A stretch of DNA of 64,000 nt from Octopus vulgaris (taxonomy: Eukaryota): contig OX597815.1 of NCBI GenBank assembly GCA_951406725.2, positions 2,294,001-2,358,000 on the forward strand, in the 5' to 3' direction. Made by a program: the position numbers and the translations under genes. The notes beneath the pieces were generated by a model. It was given only the letters and a program-made list of their open reading frames with translations, searched no databases and was not told the DNA's origin. Positions 12,184 through 25,892 of the stretch are shown here, piece by piece (positions within the stretch are counted from its first letter, which is position 1; each line of letters starts with the position of its first letter).

Positions 12184-12520
12184 ATGGAAGACTTGTTAGG
12201 TGGGATAGTTGAGTTGCAAAAACAGCACCAGCAGCAACAACTCAAGGAACAACGAGAACAACAACAAAAACTGCCGCAGCAAATGTTATACGTAATGTAA
12301 GTTGATAGCCAAACCGCGGGATACATTTTCACCTGACCAAGTAGCAAATTCCACAAGCGAATTCAAATGTGACCCCGAAGAAGGAGAAACCTTCGAGGCT
12401 TACTAGCGAAGATTTCAACAATTTTTTTAAAAAGGAAGTCAGGATTGGACGGACGAAATAAAAACGCATCAAGTGTTAAGAAAACTAGCGACAGCAGACC
12501 AGTATAGAAACTTCATATTG
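12184..12520 (+). pseudogene. Gypsy (K02A2.6/Mag-like) gag N-terminus, disrupted
   Basis: MEDLLGGIVELQKQHQQQQ...SEFKCDPEEGETFEAY*RRF...DWTDEIK..VLRKL resembles the EFxYDPExGxTF..W..R gag motif. Confidence 0.68.
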
Positions 12521-12521
12521 C

Positions 12522-12556
<35 letters not shown>

Positions 12557-14139
12557 AAGAAAGAAAGAAAGAAAAGGAAAAAAGTCCGGCATAAATTTCA
12601 CCGACACAGTTGACATTTTATTCTTTTACTCGTTTCAGTCATTTGACAGCAGCCATTTTACCGAGCTGCTAATTTACGGAGACGTAAACACACCAGCATC
12701 GGTTGTCAAGCGATGTTGGGGGACAAACACACACACGCACACACACACTTTATTTCATTAAGATTTGCCATAAAGGCATTACAAAGAGTAGGTTGCGGGC
12801 TGGACATATACATTGATGAGGTGAATGATGAAACAAGGATGATATTGATGAGAGAAGGCAGAAAACGCCCGCCGATTTTCTGCTTCTCTAAAACATTGTT
12901 CTTTTTTTCTCCAACAGAAACGACAGTTTTTACAATTATTGGACTTAATAGTCCATTACAAATATATACAATAAATTATTCAATATACACACAATCTATA
13001 AGATTAATCCTTCTCATCGGAGCCCCCAAGCAAATGACCCGCTGCCTGCAGGAAAGCCTGCATCGGCAGGTCGGGCCCCGGAGAGAGGAAAGCGAAATCT
13101 TCCTTATTACAGGTCACCAAGACCTCGAACAGCTCCTTCTGACTCACGACCTCCGCAGCCACCGGCGGAGGCCATCCTGGACAGTCTATACAAACCGAGT
13201 CCAATAGTTCTCGGCCTGGAAGACCGTCCAAGCACTTCTCGACAGGCCCTCCCCTGAGATAGAAAACAATGGGTTTTACCTCCTCCTCACGGGGAGGGGC
13301 CTCAACCTACTCTACCAGTGGCACAATCCCCACTGACAGAGTCTCTCGCTCCGGTGGCATCGGGTTCGGTCGGCGGCACAGCTACATCCGCGGACCGTCT
13401 CCCGTTTCTCTTCCTTCTCTTTTTCCTTCTTACGGTTGCGGGAGTCGAGGCCTCCACAGGCACACCCGAGGGTCCTCCTCCTCTCCCGCAACCTGCGCGT
13501 CTGTTGGTGAGCAATAATGTTTGCTCACCTTTCTTTTCCTTCTCGTTGAAGCATCGAGAGTTCAATAAAAAGTTTAATAAAACACACAAAAAAAAGAACA
13601 GAAAGATAGAGCAGAGAAAAAGAACGAAGGAGGAGAGTTCAATTCACGGCAACACAATTCCGCCACTCCGGTAATCCTGGTCTATAAGTAATCCACAAGA
13701 ATACAGGTACTCCAGTTCACCGTCGCAGTACAAAAATTAATTCTTGTTGTCTTCGTACTCCTTGCCTAAATGGTAAATCCAATGGAACTTCCAGGGCACG
13801 AACACAGTCAAACAAAGACGATTTTCACAAGCAAAAATTTTTTCCGGAAGGAATACGCCTCCCCAAAGCACAATTCTCACTGCAAAGGGAGTCTTTTTGC
13901 AGGATCACAGGCAGGAAAATATCTGGAACAGAGTGGAGACTGTTGCTCAACAAAAATTATTAATTACAGAGCAACAAACTCCACTAAGCCCCGCCCCCTC
14001 CCAACAAACGCCTACCTGTAGTCGTACTTCAATTGTTCAATATTTCACGTCGAAAGACGTGACTTCCAAGCAGCATGAAAAAATGCGAGCTCTTCTGTAG
14101 TAAGGTAAGCAAGCTACTTACTACAAAGTGACTCCTGCG

Positions 14140-14400
14140 CCTTTTGTGCAAAATGTTTAATGAAAAGAGCTGACTGTTTAATACTCGATGGAAATGTTTA
14201 AACATAGAAAAGAGCGAAGATGAAGACTTCACTACTTACACAGAGTCAACAAAGAATGTGAGAGATTTTGGCTGGATATGCTTACTCTAGATTCTTTCAA
14301 GTGTTTGATTTTTTTGCACCAGGATTGGCAGAAGGGATTTAGAAATCGGAACGAAAATTCTATCTAAACTTGAGAATGCCACGAAAGAAACACTTCAAAA
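14140..14400 (+). pseudogene. Gypsy gag continuation
   Basis: LFNTRWKCLNIEKSEDEDFTTY...NKECERF..L.LDSFKCLIF...KILSKLEN...TLQ. Confidence 0.7.
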
Positions 14401-14404
14401 GCTC

Positions 14405-15265
14405 CACTCTTCCATTTCCATTCGAGGGCGGCTCACTTACAACTTGCACTTTGCTGATAGTATTGAACAGTTAGGAAAAGCAGTGAAATAGAACTACTCG
14501 AACTTACCAATAGACTAGAAAATGAATTGGGAACTTACAGGATGGAGATCAGTCCAGAAAAGGGCAAGATCTTAGTTCAAAGTAAGAACCAAAACGCAGC
14601 GACCAACATTATACTAAATGGAGATTGACATGATGGAGTGGGCACCTTCAAGTACCTAGAATCCGCTTTGACCAAGGACGGCAAATCGCAGAAGGAAATA
14701 ACAACAACCAGTTTAGCCTCTGCTGCCATGATGAAGCTGGACACCAAATGGAAAAGCAATTCCATTAGATTTACAACACGCTCTAGAGTGTAGAAATTCC
14801 GGGTGATTTCGATCCTTCTGCATAGGCGTGAGAGCTGGATACTTGTATCTGACATGGAGCGAAGAACCCGGACCTTTCAGCACAAGTGCTTCAGATGGGT
14901 GCTGCACATCCCGTATACAGGGCAGAAAACAAACAGCTTTCTCAGGCAGCAAATCACCAAATACGCTGGCAGAAAGGAACCCCTCCTTGCGCAGGTCAAA
15001 AGACGGAAGCTTGCCTGGCACAGTTAGGTATCCCGTCACAACTCCCTGTCCAAAACCATTCTTCAGGGCGCAGTTGATGGGCGAGGACGAAAGAGAGGCA
15101 AAGAAAGGATATATTGGTTTGACAACATCAAGGACAAGACAGGTCGCAACACATCGAATCTGCTACACACGGCAGAGTGGCACCCCAATGACTGGCTGCA
15201 TCGATTAAGTGATCTTCAGGATGATGATGATGACGACGATGCCGACGACGACGACGATGATCATG
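14405..15265 (+). mobile_element. RTE LINE 3' part, decayed
   Basis: NLHFADSI (RT FADD-like), FKYLES, ISILL..ESWIL, KRRKLAWH and a (GAT/GAC)n tail. Confidence 0.85.
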
Positions 15266-15296
15266 ATGATATTTGTGTATGTATGTGTGTGTGTGT

Positions 15297-15373
<77 letters not shown>

Positions 15374-15884
15374 TGTGTGTGTGTTTGCGCACACATACTC
15401 ATCCCTCCCTCCTCGCATATATCAATACCTATTTGGTTACAGAAATATATTCACTGCAGGTTCACTGAGTCGGTATTCACTCTTGTGCACAGTAAATCAT
15501 TTTTGTTTTAATTCTCTTAAATTTCTTCCCTGACTAATAACAAATGGGCAACAACAATAAACAAACATACCTTATAGCATTGAGATGTTTTTTGTTGCCT
15601 ATTTGCGACAGGCCAGGGCCTCTGCTCTTTCCAACGAATCATGATTTAATGCGACTCGTTCTTTCCTAACACTTTATTGAACGCCGCATTTTACGTTAAC
15701 ACTGTTGGAATTATTCTGTGCCTGATTTAGTTGCAGGTTGTTGATAATATATAATCTTAAATCTTAAATCCGTTTGTTTGAATCATTAAAAATTTATATC
15801 ACAATTGCTAAACTTATTGTCATGAAAACTAGCGCTAACACGCCATCTTTCTTCTTTAGCTCGGAATATTTATAGTTCCCGTTA

Positions 15885-16325
15885 AGACGGTGAGTTAGCA
15901 GAATTGTTACCACGCCGGTCAAAATGTTTAGCGGCATGTTGTCCGCTAAGGCGGCGATCTGGCAGAAACATTAGCGCGCCGGGCGAAATGCTTAGCAGTA
16001 TTTCGTCTGCCGCTACGTTCTGAGTTCAAATTCCGCCGAAGTAGACTTTGCTTTTCATCCTTTCGAGGTCGATTAAATAAGTACCAGTTACGCACTGGGG
16101 TCAATATAATCGGCTTAATCCGTTTGTCTGTTCTTGTTTGTCCTCTCTGTGTTTAGCCCCTTGTGGCTAGTAAAGAAATAGGGTATTTCGTCTGCCGCTA
16201 CGTTCTGAGTTAAAATTCCTTCGGTGTTGACTTTTCGCCCTTTCGAGGTCGATTAAATAAGTACTAGCTGAATATTAGAGGTCGACGTAATCAAATTCTT
16301 ACCGCCCGAATAATTGCTGGCTTTT
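15885..16325 (+). mobile_element. SINE cluster (full copy at about 15950-16180 nested in or next to partial copies)
   Basis: ggcggcgatctggcagaaac..gccgggcgaaatgcttagc...gttctgagttcaaattccgccg...tttagccccttgtgg. Confidence 0.85.
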
Positions 16326-16348
16326 GTATAACAAGCACTACATTCTCA

Positions 16349-16382
<34 letters not shown>

Positions 16383-16392
16383 AGAGAATGCA

Positions 16393-16455
<63 letters not shown>

Positions 16456-16489
16456 TATATGCTGTATATATGGATGTATCTTTATCTTT

Positions 16490-16732
16490 TATCCTTTACC
16501 CGTTTCAGTCATTAGTTTGCGGCCATGCTGGGACACCACCGTGAAGTGTCCAGTCGAACAAATCAGTCCCAGTACTTATTTTAAAGCCCGGTTCTTATGA
16601 CAACGGTCTCTTTTGCCGAGCCGCTTAGTTACGAGGACGGGAAAAAGACCAACACCGGTTGCCCAGGGGTGGAGGGAGACAAACGGAAACACAAGGACAC
16701 AGACACGCAAAAACATACACACGCACACTTAT

Positions 16733-16782
<50 letters not shown>

Positions 16783-16935
16783 GCGCGCACACGCACACAT
16801 ACGATGTGCTTCCTTATTTTTTCTGCCTTCTAAATTCACTCTCAATGCAATTGGTCGGCCCGGGGCTATAGTAGAAGACGCCCAATGTACTGCGCAGTGG
16901 GACTGAATCCCAAACTACATGGCTGCAAAGCGAAC
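16490..16935 (-). mobile_element. Diverged copy of the abundant (CA)n-containing tRNA-SINE
   Basis: gtttcagtcatt..gcggccatgctgg...ctttt gccga...gcagtgggactgaa. Confidence 0.75.
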
Positions 16936-17384
16936 ACCGCGGGTGTGACAGCTCGAGTGAAGGTAGGCAGCATCAACACTCAGCTGATACTCACCCCCAG
17001 CTGAGTAGATCGAAGCATCGACAGGGCCAAGAAGGAAGCCGACGTCAGCTCAACTCCTCTTTAACCGCTCAGCCGTGGGCCTCCATAGATTTAGGACCAG
17101 TGAGAGACAAATGCGCACACAAACACACACATACGTACACTCACGCACACAGCTGTCTATACATAGAGATTGTACCATGCTTGATAAATAATATCTATTC
17201 TACAATAGACACAATGCCTGAAATGTGGGGGAGGGGACTAGTCGATCACATCGACCCCAGTACTCAACTGGTACTTATTTTATCGACCCCGAAAAGATGA
17301 AAAAACAAAGTCGACCCCGGCGGAATCCGAACCCAGAACGTTAAAACACGGATAGAATGCCGCTAAACATTTCCCCCGGTATAC

Positions 17385-18190
17385 TCTTTTACTTGTTTCA
17401 GTCATTTGACTGTGGCCAGGCTGGAGCACCGCCTTTAGTCGAAGAAATCGACACCAGGACTAATTCTTTGTAAGCCTAGTACTTATTCTATCGGTCTCTT
17501 TTGCCGAACCGCTAGGTTACGGAGACGTAAACACACCAGCATCGGTTGTCAAGCGATGTTGGGAGACAAACACAGACACACAAACACACACACACACACA
17601 TATACGACGGGCTTCTTTCAGTTTCCATCTACCAAATCCACTCACAAGGCTTTGGTCAGCCCGAGGCTATATATAGTAAAAGACACTTGCCCAAGGTTCC
17701 ACGCAGTGGGATTGAACCCAGAACCATGTGGTTTGTAAGCAAGCTACTTACCACACAGACACTTCCGCCCCTATTCTTTTAGATTCTTTTCTTTTATTCT
17801 TTTACTTGTTTCAGTCATTTAACTGCGGCCATGCTGGAGCACCACCTTTAGTCGAGCAAGTCGACCCCAGGACTTATTCTTTGTAAGCCCAGTACTTATT
17901 CTACCGGTCTCTTTTGCCGAACCGCTAAGTGACGGGGACGTAAACACACCAGCATCGGTTGTCAAGCGATGTTGGGAGACAAACACAGACACACAAACAC
18001 ACACACACACACACACATATACGACGGGCTTCTTTCAGTTTCCATCTACCAAATCCACTCACAAGGCTTTGGTCGGCCCGAGGCTATATATAGTAAAAGA
18101 CACTTGCCCAAGGTTCCACGCAGTCGGATTGAACCCAGAACCATGTGGTTTGTAAGCAAGCTACTTACCACACAGACACTCATGTCCCTA
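17385..18190 (-). mobile_element. Tandem pair of near-identical tRNA-SINEs (about 17385-17770 and 17800-18190)
   Basis: Both read cttttacttgtttcagtcattt...ctggagcacc...ccaaatccactcacaaggctttgg...gcaagctacttaccacacag and share the variants ggctatatatagtaaaag and ggttccacg. Confidence 0.9.
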
Positions 18191-18699
18191 TGCTAACGAT
18201 TCTACCAGATAATCACCGCATTTTCATCCTTCGTCTTAAGGACGTTTTTTTCTTATTACAGGTGTAAAAATCACTTGATTGAATGTTCATTTTGATTCCC
18301 CCGGCAGCATTCAATAAGCCCACACTTACATCGATACCAGCTGCCTTTCTTCTCCTTCCAAATGTATTTCGTGTTATAATATGCAGACCGCATTACCATG
18401 AAAGACAACGCTGCATTATGTTACTAACAAAACTTTAACTGAGGAAAAAAACCAGTGTTGAGGGAGAAGCATTTGTAGAGACATGTCAATGTATTCCGTC
18501 AACGTTGGACAGTTTCAAGTTGAAAATAGCAAACAGCACCGCTAAGAGATCAGGTCTCACAGATTTGCATAAATTACAATAAATAATATTGTTAAGCACA
18601 TCACGAAATTTCGTAGAACTCCCCGGAGACAAAGAAAACACACAACACGCATATGCACACACATGCGCATGTATACATACATACATATATGTGGGCGAT

Positions 18700-18730
<31 letters not shown>

Positions 18731-18830
18731 GAAAGTCACTGCATGTGTTGAAACCCAAAAAAATCTAAATGCACCTGTGAATATATAAATATGCCTAATT
18801 CCAGAAAATATACATACATTAGAAACAAGC

Positions 18831-18933
<103 letters not shown>

Positions 18934-18952
18934 TCTCTCTCTCTCTCTCTCT

Positions 18953-18993
<41 letters not shown>

Positions 18994-19127
18994 TGTATGT
19001 ATGTATGTATAAGATTCAGGGATCGAGGTGTAGGAAGAAAGTTAGCTACGAGCAATCCGTAGAGAATATTAAATAAAAAAACAATTTTAGGAAAAATAGT
19101 GATTTATTGAGACGGCGTCCCCGTTTC

Positions 19128-19680
19128 CTAATATCTTATCTATTTTTTCCCTTCTCCCTAATATCTTATCTATTTTTTCCCTTCTCCCTAATATCTCATC
19201 TATTTTTCCCTTCTCCCTAATATCTTATCTATTTTTTCCCCTCTCCCTAATATCTTATCTATTTTTTCCCTTCTCCCTAATATCTTATCTATTTTTTCCC
19301 TTCTCCCTAATATCTTATCTATTTTTTCCCCTCTCCCTAATATCTTATCTATTTTTCCCCTCTCCCTAATATCTTATCTATTTTTTCCCCTCTCCCTAAT
19401 ATCTTATCTATTTTTTCCCTTCTCCCTAATATCTTATCTATTTTTTCCCTTCTCCCTAATATCTTATCTATTTTTTCCCTTCTCCCTAATATCTTATCTA
19501 ATTTCCCCCTCTCCTTAATATCTTATCTATTTTCCCCTCTCCCTAATATCTTATCTATTTTCCCCTCTCCCTAATATCTTATCTATTTCGTCCCCTCTCC
19601 CTAATATCTTATCTATTTTCCCCTCTCCCTAATATCTTATCTATTTTCCCCTCTCCCTAATATCTTACCTATTTCGTCCC
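19128..19680. repeat. Minisatellite, unit about 29-32 bp (CCTAATATCTTATCTATTTTTTCCCTTCTC), about 18 copies
   Basis: Directly visible tandem units that vary mainly in T-run length. Confidence 0.95.
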
Positions 19681-20076
19681 ATATCGCCGTCTCCGTCGTC
19701 GTAGCCGTGTCGTTGCCCTCATCTCCTCACCCACCCCACTGGATATTAGTGTCTGGTGTCGCACAACTCTAAGGACCAGTTACCCAGTTTCCATAGTGCA
19801 GAAGTGACCGAGATCACAACGTTTCCCCCTAAACGGGACCCAGGGTTAGCCATTTACAGCTGAGTGGACTGAACTAACATGAAACAAAGTGCTTTCTTCA
19901 AGAACTCAATGCACCACCTATTCCATGAATACTCCAAGACACATACAATGTCTGGAAAAGATGAAGTGGAACTATTGGCTATTACTGGAATTCTTTGATA
20001 ATCACCAATCAATTCTAACCTGGGGGCCAAACAACTATAGTAACAACAACAACAAAAGCAACAACAATAGCAGCTG

Positions 20077-20118
<42 letters not shown>

Positions 20119-20437
20119 GGAGGGAGGGAGAGAGAGACTATTAACATTCACAAACAAAAATGTTGACTGCTGACCTTAAAAGATTGCTGTATGTATGTAT
20201 GTATGTATGTATGCATGTATGTATGTATGTATGTATGTATGTATGTATGTATGTATGTATGTATGTATGTATGTATGTATTTATGTTTGGAACCGATTAT
20301 TCTAGAATGCCTAAAGAAATGGGCGGCGTTTTTTGGGTTTACGTAATATAATGATTGTCAATAAATTACCATCGTATTGAAAGATTCATAGCATACATTG
20401 AGCTGTCATTGTCCATTCCCGTACATGACATGTATAT

Positions 20438-20920
20438 ACGTGGTCTGATCAATAAGTATCCGGACTGATAGTAACGAAGCTAAAGCACGCAGAGTAATGC
20501 CGCTTGGCACAGATTGACCTCAAACTCTGTGGTGCATGTGCACTAAGTTTTATGGTTCTATCTCACTTCTGTTGTTGGAAGGAAAGTGTGTAGACAGAAA
20601 GTTGAGCAGAGAATCTGCTCAGAGGCCTACACAAAGTTTTCAAAAAGTTTTCGCCGTTCTCGACACAATCATGATCTTGTGCAACTGAAACCCGAATGTC
20701 TTCTTGGTCAGCTGAAAGCAGTGTTGGCACAAACTTAGCAGGCCCGCGTCTCATACTCAGACCCCCGGTGATAATGGACTGAACCGAACCGTAACTAATC
20801 TGTATATGATCTGATAACTCATGGATAGTAATTCGGCGATTTCCCTCACAGCTGCACGTACACCCACGCTGTTTTCTTAAGTTTTGCTGGTTGCGGGTCT
20901 ACAAAAACATTTTTCGGCTA
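20438..20920. mobile_element. Mariner relic with an internally inverted transposase segment
   Basis: TA-CGTGGTCTGATCAATAAGTATCCGGACTG TIR-like start. The + strand gives KVEQRIC. The - strand at 20650-20850 gives NRRITIHELSDHIQISYGSVQSII..LSMRR..AKFVPTLLSADQ (HTH and WVPHEL-like linker). Confidence 0.75.
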
Positions 20921-20933
20921 CATATATATATAT

Positions 20934-21321
20934 AAAGGGGAAAGTAAGAAGAAAATAAGCGAAAATGCACATTGAAAATCAAAAAAAGTAAAGGCTTTTT
21001 ATGTAAAGTAACGATAGATATATAGAATTAGATGAACTGAGGTAGGAATAAAAGTAATAACATTTATTATTGTGAATTGTTAAAGAGATTCAAAAGCATA
21101 CCGTTTTCGTGAATTTACTAATCAAAGCAATGATTAGTAAATTCACGAAAACGGTATGCTTTTGAATCTCTTTAACAATTCACAATAATGACTTTTATTA
21201 CTTTTATTCCTACCTCAGTTCATCTAATTCTATATTTCTATCGTTACTTTTCATAAAAAGCCTTTACTTTTTTTGATTTTCAATGTGCATTTTCGCTTAT
21301 TTTCCTTCTTATTTTCCCCTT
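20934..21321. repeat. Fold-back palindrome (about 190-bp arms, 6-nt loop at 21125-21130)
   Basis: 20934-21124 is the reverse complement of 21131-21321 with a few mismatches. Flanked by (TA)n. Confidence 0.93.
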
Positions 21322-21709
21322 ACATTTCCACGTGTAGTTTCTATTTTCTTTTTGTAACGTATTTCTATTATATATATATATAAATATTGGTTTTAAAATT
21401 CACAATAAGGCCATGAAGTTCGGGTGTAAGTCGATAACATAGACCATGATTCTCATCTGGTAGTCATTCTATAGAACCGAAAGGGATGAAAAGTACAGTC
21501 AATCTCGGTTGAATTTGAACTCAGAACACAGAGAGGGACTAAATGCCACTAAGCATTTTCCCAGCGTGCTAACGACTGCCAGGTCGAGTATATATGAACC
21601 AGTTGTTGAGTATCCCACCCGAGAGGGATCAAAGTTAAATGTGTCGAAACTATTGTCGTGATTAATAATAAATTCTCCTATATTCCATCTTCCGTCATTC
21701 ATTTGCTAC

Positions 21710-21777
<68 letters not shown>

Positions 21778-22007
21778 GATAAGATCGATATTTAATTACC
21801 GATCTTATCAAATGGCCAGCATGAGAGTAAAAAACTTCAAAGGTAATAATTATTATTAAAATTATAATTTAAGGTATCTAAGAGATAACACCACGCTGGA
21901 AATAGCAACCAAAATTTTGCTCTAAAACCACATTAAATGTTCATATAGCACCAGGAGAGAAGACAAAAGGACAAAATAATAATTTTATATATATATATGT
22001 ATGTATG

Positions 22008-22055
<48 letters not shown>

Positions 22056-22061
<6 letters not shown>

Positions 22062-22738
22062 CAAAAATAAGGGTGAAAAAAATTGGATATTAATTTAATA
22101 ACATCAATTTAACACCAAGTGGTTTAGCACATAAAGTGGTTTAAAACCAAGTGGTTTAGCGCATAAAAACTGGGATACAGTAAAAATTAATACACAAATA
22201 TAAGAGAGGCTCCACTATGTGGACGCTCTTGCGCTAAAAATAGATCCGCAATGGTCTCAACCACCAAGAATTGTTCCCAAGGTGAATTAGCACAACAATG
22301 AACGTAAACAAGCAGGACAAATGAAAAATAACAAAAATGTAGATTAATTCTAGACAATTGTTTCACTGTTAATGGATTATGCAATGTTACTTACATAATA
22401 GATCCACAGCTCATCAGTAGAATTCGTCATGAATATAATTTATTTAACCGCACGCCAGATTTTAACATAAAGTCAAACACACGTGTGGTTCAGTCTATTA
22501 TATTCGCAGTTATGATTCGAATGCACTCGTTATAGCGCGCCAAAATTTCCGGAAATAAATACTGCATAAATAATTTACTGCAGTATAATTAAAATCAAAA
22601 ATAAGGGTAAAAAAATTGGATATTAATTTAATAACATCAATTTAACACCAAGTGGTTTAGCGCATAAAAACTGGGATACAGTAAAAATGAATACACAAAT
22701 ATAAGAGAGGGTCCACTATGTGGACGCTCTTGCACTAA
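22056..22738 (-). mobile_element. Retrozyme/pLTR-like element with terminal direct repeats (22056-22237 and 22590-22738), flanked by (TA)n
   Basis: Direct repeat aaaatcaaaaataaggg...ccactatgtggacgctcttgc with period about 534 bp. Internal canonical HHR. Confidence 0.78.
22346..22424 (-). ncRNA. Canonical type-I hammerhead ribozyme motif
   Basis: aattcta-CTGATGA-g-ctgt-ggat...atcc..acag-t-GAAAC-AATT-GTC-tagaatt. Perfect 7-bp stem I, full core, GUC triplet. Confidence 0.88.
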
Positions 22739-22756
22739 TATATATATATATATATG

Positions 22757-22790
<34 letters not shown>

Positions 22791-22808
22791 ATATATATAT
22801 AATATATA

Positions 22809-22839
<31 letters not shown>

Positions 22840-22974
22840 CATACACATATATATGTATACATGTATGTTTGCATCCATTCATGTATGCTTAGAGACACAC
22901 GCACACAACAAACCAATAAACATAGTTATGTATAAATGGATGTATGCTTGGGTGTATACTTGTGTATATGCATA

Positions 22975-23032
<58 letters not shown>

Positions 23033-23475
23033 TATATGTACGCATGCTTTTATGTATATATGCATGCATATATGTATGTACATATGGCTACATGTATAAT
23101 ATCTATGCGTACATATATGTATGAATGCATTGCCTGTAGGTATAAACAAAATCCGTGACTACCACACCGAATCGATGACGGTTTACTAGGAAGTATCACT
23201 CACTATTTGCTATAGGTGTCAATACAATGACCCGCAGTCGCCAGCGCTTCGTCGGCCTTCCTTATATTTGAACCAGAAATACATCCACCATGTGACAACT
23301 GGAGAGTGAGAGGGCAGCACCAGTGCACAGAAGGTATTTCCTGAGTATCCACTCCGAACTGTTGGAAAGTAAAGCCTAACCACGACGAGATTTGAACCCA
23401 CTGCTCCGGCAATTGCAACCATTATCGTGCGACGCTCAGTCTGTCTTTGTCTCTCTCTCTCTCTCTATCGGTCTC

Positions 23476-23556
<81 letters not shown>

Positions 23557-23736
23557 GCCACTGCCTTTCTGCCTATCTATGTCTTTCTCCACCGACCACA
23601 TATATCTGTGTGTGTGTGTGTGTATACAAATATACATGGTTATATACATATATGCACATAATTATACGCGTGTAAGTCTATGTGCACGCGTATATATGCA
23701 TGCATGATATGTATATGTATGTAAATGCATATATAC

Positions 23737-23849
<113 letters not shown>

Positions 23850-24118
23850 TAATATATTAATAAATAAAACACATGCATACATATATACATATATGTACGT
23901 ACCTACCTCTACATGTATATATACACGCATATATGAGTAGAGGACACCAAAAAACCGTCGAACACAATGAGAAACGAATACATAGACACAAACCCAAGGA
24001 ACTGGACATTTTTTTAACAACAAAAAAAAATAGAGTACGGGACAAATAACACAAGGAAAAACCCCTTCTTCAGTCACCATGGTTTCATCTACTCTATATT
24101 TATATATATTTATGTATG

Positions 24119-24193
<75 letters not shown>

Positions 24194-24214
24194 GTATATG
24201 CACAGACACAGACA

Positions 24215-24346
<132 letters not shown>

Positions 24347-24554
24347 AATATACATATATTTGCATATGTACGTGTATGTTTGTACATATATGCACATTTT
24401 TTGTGGTTGTGTGGGAGGATGTTTGCTGGCCAAACTCATGGTTCCGGGTTCAGTCCCACTGCGTGGCACCTTGAGCAAGAGTTTTCTACTCTAAGCCTTG
24501 GGAGTGAATTTGGTAGAGGGAAACTGAAAGAAACCCGTTGTATATTTATTATTA

Positions 24555-25171
<617 letters not shown>

Positions 25172-25206
25172 GTAAAGTTCCTCTCTATCTGTCTGTCTAT
25201 TTATGA

Positions 25207-25244
<38 letters not shown>

Positions 25245-25507
25245 ATATCTACCTACCTATCTTTATATCCACTTATATTCATACATGCATATGTGTGTGT
25301 GTGTGTGTGTGTGTCTAGGTAAATGTAAGCATATAACCTTACACCAGCTCGTGTATGTCGCCAGTTGGGTGCCGCTACTTGGATATATTCTTGGCCAGAC
25401 ACAAATATATATTATCTCATAACGTTGGTCGGAGCTTTCTTTCCTTGGCACGAAAATTGGTGCGCCGGCGCTGCATCAGTATCGATTTGTAGCACGGACC
25501 GATTCGG

Positions 25508-25531
25508 TGACGTCAGTGTTACCATGGCAAT
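25508..25531. promoter_or_regulatory. Perfect CRE (TGACGTCA) abutting an RFX X-box-like site (GTTACCATGGCAAT)
   Basis: Motifs at 25508-25515 and 25518-25531 within a short CpG-containing unique island. Confidence 0.4.
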
Positions 25532-25689
25532 TACAACAAGTAGACTCTTTGAGGAGGAGACTGTATTTAATCAAGGACAATTATCACCCAAATTTCTACA
25601 GGCATAAAATCTTGAGTGAGATGACATTTGAGGCAGATACACGGATTCCCCACCCGCCGCCTCAACCCATCCCTCCTCCCCTTAGAATC

Positions 25690-25852
25690 GTCATCGTCAT
25701 TGTTCTCTTTATCACTATTATCACCAGCGATTGTCATCAGCGTCGTCGTAGTAGCCATTTTCGTTGTCATCAGCGTCGTCGTCTTCCCTGTCGGCATCAT
25801 CATCATCATCATCGGCGGCGGCGGCGGCGTCCACGTCCACGCCCTCCTCGTT

Positions 25853-25892
<40 letters not shown>

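Noticed and set aside
15566-15680. Minus-strand AAG|GTATGT donor (possible UTR exon)
   Set aside because: No supporting acceptor or ORF; such motifs are frequent by chance.
19128-19680. CRISPR-like array
   Set aside because: Units are contiguous with no unique spacers, there are no cas genes, and the context is eukaryotic.
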